A stretch of DNA of 64,000 bases, from assembly GCA_965279375.1 (NCBI GenBank), contig OZ257156.1:224001-288000 (forward strand), given 5' to 3'. Every line of letters begins with the position of its first letter. Position 1 is the stretch's first letter. A model generated the notes under the pieces. It saw nothing but the letters and a program-made list of their open reading frames with translations, was not told the origin of the DNA and did not search any database. Shown here in pieces: positions 59,158 through 64,000 of the stretch. The translations under genes and the position numbers were made by a program. The stretch is from Gemmatimonas sp. (GTDB lineage: Bacteria; Gemmatimonadota; Gemmatimonadetes; Gemmatimonadales; Gemmatimonadaceae).

Positions 59158-60909
59158 CTAACGCAGCCGCTTCGGCGGCTCGTTGGGCGCGATGGCCACG
59201 AACTGGCGCGCACACTGTGCGACTCGCTGCATGGCATCCTGCAGCTCGATGTCGCGCGCGCGCGCGGTGCGTCCGTAGAAGAAACGCGACAGGACGAAGG
59301 CCACGCCAATGGAGCCGAACATCGCACCGGCGCCGAGCGCGGGGTTGCGCGTCGCGTTGATCACGGCACCCATGATTGCCGAACCAGCGCCGAATCCACC
59401 GCCGGCCGTGAGTCCGACGATCATCGCAGTCGCGTACTGTGACAAGTCTTCGGTGCCGCGAATGACCGTGCGACCGTTGCGCGACGCGATGTTGATCTGC
59501 ACACGGCGCGGCGTGCCGTTCTTGGTCGACGTGACCGCGGTCATGATGCTCATCGTGCGACCGACCTGACTGACGGTCACCATCTCGCCGAGCGCCTTGC
59601 GCACTTCTTCGGCGATTTCCTCGAAGCCTTCGCTGACGAGTTCACCCTCGACGACGGTTTCGTATTCGAACTTGACCGGCGCGCCGGTGAAGAAGGTCCA
59701 GGCAGACGACTTCGGCGAGACGCGATCGATCGCGACCGGTTCCGCGCGTGCGCGTTCGGCGAGCGCGCGATCCACATACTTGGCGTCGATACCTGCTTCG
59801 CGCGCCGAGTCCTTCACGAGGGATGCGTCATAGCCGCGCGTCACCAGCGCTTCGCCCGGTGCACGCGACGTGAACTCCGCCGGCGGCACATGCAGCCCCG
59901 TATTGGCCTGCAGCTGCGCCGCACGCGCCCACACTTCCTGCGCTTCCACCGACGAGAGCTTTGCTGGCACCTGATCGGCGCGCACGGCTGGTGTGTCGCG
60001 CGGCGTGAGCATGGCCAGCGGCGCCGAATCGTTGGCGCGTACGAGTGCACTCCCTTCCATCGGAGGCAGGGCATCCAGTGCCTGACGCAACGCGTCCCCC
60101 GATACAAAGCGCGAGTCACGTGACTTGGCGAGCAATCGGTCGACGATCTCGCCCAGCGCAGGTGCCACGTGCGTCGCGGCGTCGCACATGCGCGGCGGCG
60201 TGGAGTTGACGTGCGCCACGAGCACAGCCGACGGGCTGTTCCGCTCAAACGGAAAACGCCCGCACAGCATCAGGAACGCGAGCACGCCCAGCGCGTACAG
60301 ATCGCTGCGACCGTCGAGATCTTCGCCCGTCACCTGCTCCGGGCTCATGTAGTGCACGGTGCCCAGCACGGTGCCCGTCGCCGTCATCGGCTTCGTTTCG
60401 GCGAGGCGCGCAATGCCGAAGTCGGTGAGCATCGCGCGGCCGGTATCGGCGTCGAGCAGCACGTTCTCCGCCTTGATGTCGCGGTGCACGACCCCGCGTG
60501 CGTGCGCGTAGCCGAGTGCCGAGGCGATCTGTCGGAGGATGGCGACGACATCGGCCGGCGCGAGCGTCTGCGCCTTGGCCAGCCGCTCGGCGAGCGATTC
60601 GCCCGCGATGTAGCGCATGACGAAGTACACGATGCCGTCACGCTCGGCAGCGGTGTAAATCGGTACGATGTTCTGGTGCGACAGGCCGCCGGCGGTGCGT
60701 GCTTCGCGCAAAAAGCGATCACGCACGATTTCGTCGGCGGCGAGGTGCGGCGGCAGCGTCTTGATGGCCACCAGCCGTTCGAGCTGCATGTCGGTGGCGA
60801 GATACACCACGCCCATGCCGCCACGTCCGATCTCCCGCTCGAGGCGGTACTGGCCGGCGACCGCGCTCGCGAGCGCGGCCGCCGCCTGATCTGCACCGTC
60901 GAGCATCAC
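59158..60909 (-). CDS. Hanks-type Ser/Thr protein kinase with C-terminal membrane helices
   Basis: GRGGMGVV, VAIK, HRDIKAEN, DFG, GTVHYMSPE, SDLYALG. Confidence 0.92.
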   Translation of the reverse strand: MMLDGADQAAAALASAVAGQYRLEREIGRGGMGVVYLATDMQLERLVAIKTLPPHLAADEIVRDRFLREARTAGGLSHQNIVPIYTAAERDGIVYFVMRYIAGESLAERLAKAQTLAPADVVAILRQIASALGYAHARGVVHRDIKAENVLLDADTGRAMLTDFGIARLAETKPMTATGTVLGTVHYMSPEQVTGEDLDGRSDLYALGVLAFLMLCGRFPFERNSPSAVLVAHVNSTPPRMCDAATHVAPALGEIVDRLLAKSRDSRFVSGDALRQALDALPPMEGSALVRANDSAPLAMLTPRDTPAVRADQVPAKLSSVEAQEVWARAAQLQANTGLHVPPAEFTSRAPGEALVTRGYDASLVKDSAREAGIDAKYVDRALAERARAEPVAIDRVSPKSSAWTFFTGAPVKFEYETVVEGELVSEGFEEIAEEVRKALGEMVTVSQVGRTMSIMTAVTSTKNGTPRRVQINIASRNGRTVIRGTEDLSQYATAMIVGLTAGGGFGAGSAIMGAVINATRNPALGAGAMFGSIGVAFVLSRFFYGRTARARDIELQDAMQRVAQCARQFVAIAPNEPPKRLR

Positions 60910-60945
60910 GCGAGCTTCAGCGTCAGAGTTCGACGGTGCGACTGC

Positions 60946-61383
60946 TTACGCCGTCGCGCCGCTGGGCGCGCAGTGCGTGTCGAACGCCTGCACCAGATCG
61001 GCTGCGATCTCCTGCGCCGTCCGTCCTTCGATGCGATAACGCTCGAGCATGAACACCACGTCGCCGTCCTTGATCAGCGCGATGCTCGGCGAGCTAGGCG
61101 CGTAACCCGTGAAGTACTGACGCGCACGCTCCGTCGCTTCGCGATCCTGACCGGCGAAGACGGTGCCGGCGAAGTCCGGCTTGATGGCATGGCTCATCGC
61201 GGCTGCCACGGCCGGGCGCGCGTTGCGTGCCGCGCAGCCGCACACCGAGTTCACGACGACGAGCGCGGTGCCCTTCATGTCCTGCAGCTTGGCATCCACC
61301 TCGGCGACGGTGCGCATCTCTTCGACGCCAAGGCGCGTCAGTTCGTGGCGCATCGGCTGGACGATCTGTTCGGGATACATCAT
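60946..61383 (-). CDS. BrxA/BrxB family bacilliredoxin
   Basis: PMRHEL, VVNSVCGCAA..ARP, TVFAGQD.EAT..AR, PSSPSIAL.KDG. Confidence 0.9.
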   Translation of the reverse strand: MMYPEQIVQPMRHELTRLGVEEMRTVAEVDAKLQDMKGTALVVVNSVCGCAARNARPAVAAAMSHAIKPDFAGTVFAGQDREATERARQYFTGYAPSSPSIALIKDGDVVFMLERYRIEGRTAQEIAADLVQAFDTHCAPSGATA

Positions 61384-61446
61384 GGGGCGACTCCTGTGCT
61401 GAATTGCGAGTAGTGCAGAGGTACTGCGTTTCGTACGGGCGGCGCG

Positions 61447-61821
61447 CTAGCGGTTGGCATCGCGCACGAGCGCGAGAATGGCCGATTGCGGCACCACCAG
61501 GAACTGCTCGTTCTCGAACGTGATTTCGACCGCGGCTTTGCGGAAGAAGAGCGCATGGTCCCCCACGCGCGCCTGCATCGGCACATAGCGCGCGGTGGGC
61601 TCCTGATCGCTCGTCTTCCACGGGTCTTCGCCGTGATCGCCCGCCATGTCAGGCAGAGCGAGCCCGGGACCGGTGGATACGACCTCACCCTCCTGCACCG
61701 CCTGGCTGTCGACGGCGGTGGACGGGAGATAGAGGCCGACCTTGGTGCGCTGATCGCCGTCCTCGAGCTTCACGAGGACCCGATCGCCTACCACGAGCAA
61801 CTGCTTGTTCTTGCGGATCAT
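61447..61821 (-). CDS. Co-chaperonin GroES family protein (stand-alone)
   Basis: GDRVLVK, T..GLYLP, GEVV..GPG, VGD..LF; no groEL adjacent. Confidence 0.85.
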   Translation of the reverse strand: MIRKNKQLLVVGDRVLVKLEDGDQRTKVGLYLPSTAVDSQAVQEGEVVSTGPGLALPDMAGDHGEDPWKTSDQEPTARYVPMQARVGDHALFFRKAAVEITFENEQFLVVPQSAILALVRDANR

Positions 61822-61880
61822 CAGCGGAATCTAATGCGAGGTGCTGGGGCAGCCGGGACCGTCACCGGCCGCGCAGCCGG

Positions 61881-63311
61881 TCAGGGGACGGGCGAGCGGA
61901 CCAGATGGAACTTGGTCTGCCGGCCAACGGCCCAGCGCACCTTTCCGTTCGCATCGATGATTACGTCCTCTTCCTGCATGGAGCGCACGGGCTGGTTCCC
62001 CCACTCCGGCACCGGGGTGGTCGCCTGCAGCTCGATCGAGTACCACATCCCCGGAATGACCTTGTGGTCTCCGCGCCCCGGGACACCATCCTGATAGTCC
62101 CACAAGCCGATCAGCGCGCCTGCGCCGTGCCCATGAAGCCCGATTGGATGCGAATACACCGTCCCGTCGATCTTCTCTGCCTTCATGCGCGTCAACGCGG
62201 TCTTCAGGATGTCGTTGCCGGTGCGACCGGGCTTGAGCTCCTCGGTGGTGATGTCCTGCAACCGATTGGAATTGGCCAGCGCCTTCTGGATCCCGGCCGG
62301 CACGTCCGTCTCTCCGGCCTTGAGCACGTAGCCCATGTGCTGCGTGTCGGTGTTGAGTCCCATCGCGGTCACGCCGAAGTCGCAGTGCAGAATGTCGCCG
62401 CGCAGGATGGTGGGATTCACGCCGACCAACTCCGCGCTGCCGAACTGCCGCTGAATCTCCACGCTCGGCTGGAACCAGGTGCTCAAGCCAAGATCGGCGA
62501 GGCGCTGACGCATCCACCACACCACGTCGTCGGCCTTGGTGACGCCCGGCGTGATGACCTTGCTGGAGAACGCCTCCTCGATGATCTGCCACGCCACCTT
62601 GTTGAGCTCATTGAACGCGGCCTCTTCTTCCGGCTGACGCGACGCGATCATGTCCACCGCCAGCGCTTCCGCCGGAACCACCTTGGCCGCCCACTGCGCA
62701 CCGAGCGCCTGCAGCATCCCTTCGCGCTCGCCCGAGCTGAGTCCGTCCGCAAACGCGAACGTCCGCGACGTGTTGACGGCGATCTTCTTGGGATTGCGCT
62801 GTTCGATGACCTGCTTGAGCACCTCCCACTGCTGGTCGCCCCACAGTTCCGCGGTGCGCTCGTTGCTGCGGCTGCCGGCACCCGGCGCGGCGACCGCCTT
62901 CTCGCTGCGCACCGCCTTGAACACCCCACCCTGCGACGTGCCACCAAGCGCGATGCGTTCGATACCGTCCTTGGGGCCGCGATCGAAGAAGACGTAGATG
63001 GTACGGCGACGCGCCGCGAACGTGGTCGGCGACGTGATCGCCATGAACAGCGGATCTTCCGCATACTCGCGCATCGGCACCACCCACATGTCCACGCCTT
63101 CTCGGCGCATCAGCGCCGGCAGCGTGCGCTCCATGCGCAACTCGAGCCACTTCTGTTGACGGAACGCCTGATCGCGCAGCGTACCAAAAGGGCGGAGCGT
63201 GTCCGCCGCCGACGAGCCCGAGGTACGGGTACCGGGCGTGGCTGGCGTGACGACCGGCTGTGCGAACGCAGTCGCGGCAGGGACGGCGAGCAGAAGAGCG
63301 AGAAGGCGCAT
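61881..63311 (-). CDS. Exported M24 family (Xaa-Pro-like) metallopeptidase
   Basis: Signal peptide; GDILHCDFG...NTDTQ, SHPIGLHGH, SIE, EED. Confidence 0.85.
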   Translation of the reverse strand: MRLLALLLAVPAATAFAQPVVTPATPGTRTSGSSAADTLRPFGTLRDQAFRQQKWLELRMERTLPALMRREGVDMWVVPMREYAEDPLFMAITSPTTFAARRRTIYVFFDRGPKDGIERIALGGTSQGGVFKAVRSEKAVAAPGAGSRSNERTAELWGDQQWEVLKQVIEQRNPKKIAVNTSRTFAFADGLSSGEREGMLQALGAQWAAKVVPAEALAVDMIASRQPEEEAAFNELNKVAWQIIEEAFSSKVITPGVTKADDVVWWMRQRLADLGLSTWFQPSVEIQRQFGSAELVGVNPTILRGDILHCDFGVTAMGLNTDTQHMGYVLKAGETDVPAGIQKALANSNRLQDITTEELKPGRTGNDILKTALTRMKAEKIDGTVYSHPIGLHGHGAGALIGLWDYQDGVPGRGDHKVIPGMWYSIELQATTPVPEWGNQPVRSMQEEDVIIDANGKVRWAVGRQTKFHLVRSPVP

Positions 63312-63334
63312 GGCGATGCGATGGTGAGTGAGGG

Positions 63335-63832
63335 TTAGACGGAGTGCGGCTCCCGCTTGTCCAGCATGCGGCGCACGATCTGCACCGAGGCGGCCAGCAC
63401 CAGCGCAAAGACCGCGGCCACAAGCGCACGCTCCACGAGCGTTTGTCCGGCCATGGGCCACCAATCGCCCCACGTGGCCACGCGCGAACCGAAGCGCTCG
63501 CGTCCGAAGGCGATCAGCAGGGAGCTCATGCCCAGCTCCGCGGTCACCTCGAACAACACGAACGCGAGTACGCGCAGCGGCCAGCGACGCACCGGGAAAT
63601 TACCCAGATGCCAGGTCAACATGCCGCAGAAGAAGAGCACACCGACGGTGAGTCCGAGGACGAACGTCACCCAGCCGGTGGTCATCGTCGCGCTGAGCAC
63701 GATGGCGCGGTAGGCGCGGAGCAAGAGTCCGGTGATGCCGGCTGGCTCGACGGTGCGCACGGCGAATGCGCGCAGCGGATGCAACCGCTCCTCGCCCCAG
63801 TGAATCACGTCGCGCGGAAAGAACCGAGCCAT
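63335..63832 (-). CDS. Hypothetical membrane protein
   Basis: 165 aa with 3-4 hydrophobic segments, same strand as neighbours. Confidence 0.7.
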   Translation of the reverse strand: MARFFPRDVIHWGEERLHPLRAFAVRTVEPAGITGLLLRAYRAIVLSATMTTGWVTFVLGLTVGVLFFCGMLTWHLGNFPVRRWPLRVLAFVLFEVTAELGMSSLLIAFGRERFGSRVATWGDWWPMAGQTLVERALVAAVFALVLAASVQIVRRMLDKREPHSV

Positions 63833-63917
63833 TGTCGCAAGCTACCCGTCGTGCATCCGGCCGCCACCCTGCGGATGCACAGCGGCGGTCAGCTTCGTCA
63901 CACCGGCGGTCGTATCG

Positions 63918-64000
63918 TCAGGGTTTGGTGCGCTGCAGCAGGAAGCGCAGGCTCTCCGCAGCGTGCGTGCGCCAATACGGCCAACTGTGTTGCCCGGGCC
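63918..64000 (-). CDS. C-terminal end of a putative alpha/beta-hydrolase esterase (partial)
   Basis: Manual translation ...PGQHSWPYWRTHAAESLRFLLQRTKP*; G-x-H-x-W-x-Y-W is typical of the esterase catalytic His region. Confidence 0.6.
   Translation of the reverse strand, partial: PGQHSWPYWRTHAAESLRFLLQRTKP

Overview
GC-rich bacterial chromosome segment. The gene repertoire (two SusC/SusD pairs, SARP/BTAD regulator, Hanks-type kinase, DUF1592/DUF1552/ankyrin cluster, bacilliredoxin, PEP-CTERM protein) suggests Gemmatimonadota; this is an inference. About 46 protein-coding genes are supported, with no rRNA, tRNA, CRISPR array, transposase or integrase recognised. Main blocks: (i) 1-9.2 kb, SARP-like regulator, PEP-CTERM protein, CotH kinase, VPS10/BNR protein, cyclophilin and tesB; (ii) 9.4-33.7 kb, an envelope/periplasm locus with two SusC/SusD pairs, a Zn-metalloprotease, octaheme and diheme cytochromes, DUF1592-DUF1552-ankyrin, and exported aldolase-like and creatininase-like proteins; (iii) a frcBCA-like sugar ABC transporter; (iv) a three-gene cassette of M43 protease, small unknown protein and gluzincin, both proteases lacking signal peptides and carrying Lys/Ala-rich N-terminal tails; (v) a MarR-GNAT plus Rv1355c-like ThiF unit; (vi) mostly housekeeping-type genes (type II PanK, permeases, truncated haemoglobin, IYD-like nitroreductase, ABC exporter, kinase, bacilliredoxin, GroES, M24 peptidase). 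Notable non-coding features are two long nested palindromes (9227-9360, 20699-20954) and a ~335-nt structured leader upstream of the second SusC. The best candidates for an undescribed system are the protease cassette and the exported-enzyme/cytochrome/SusCD locus. All family assignments come from motif recognition by eye; no database searches were run, and many start codons are best guesses.
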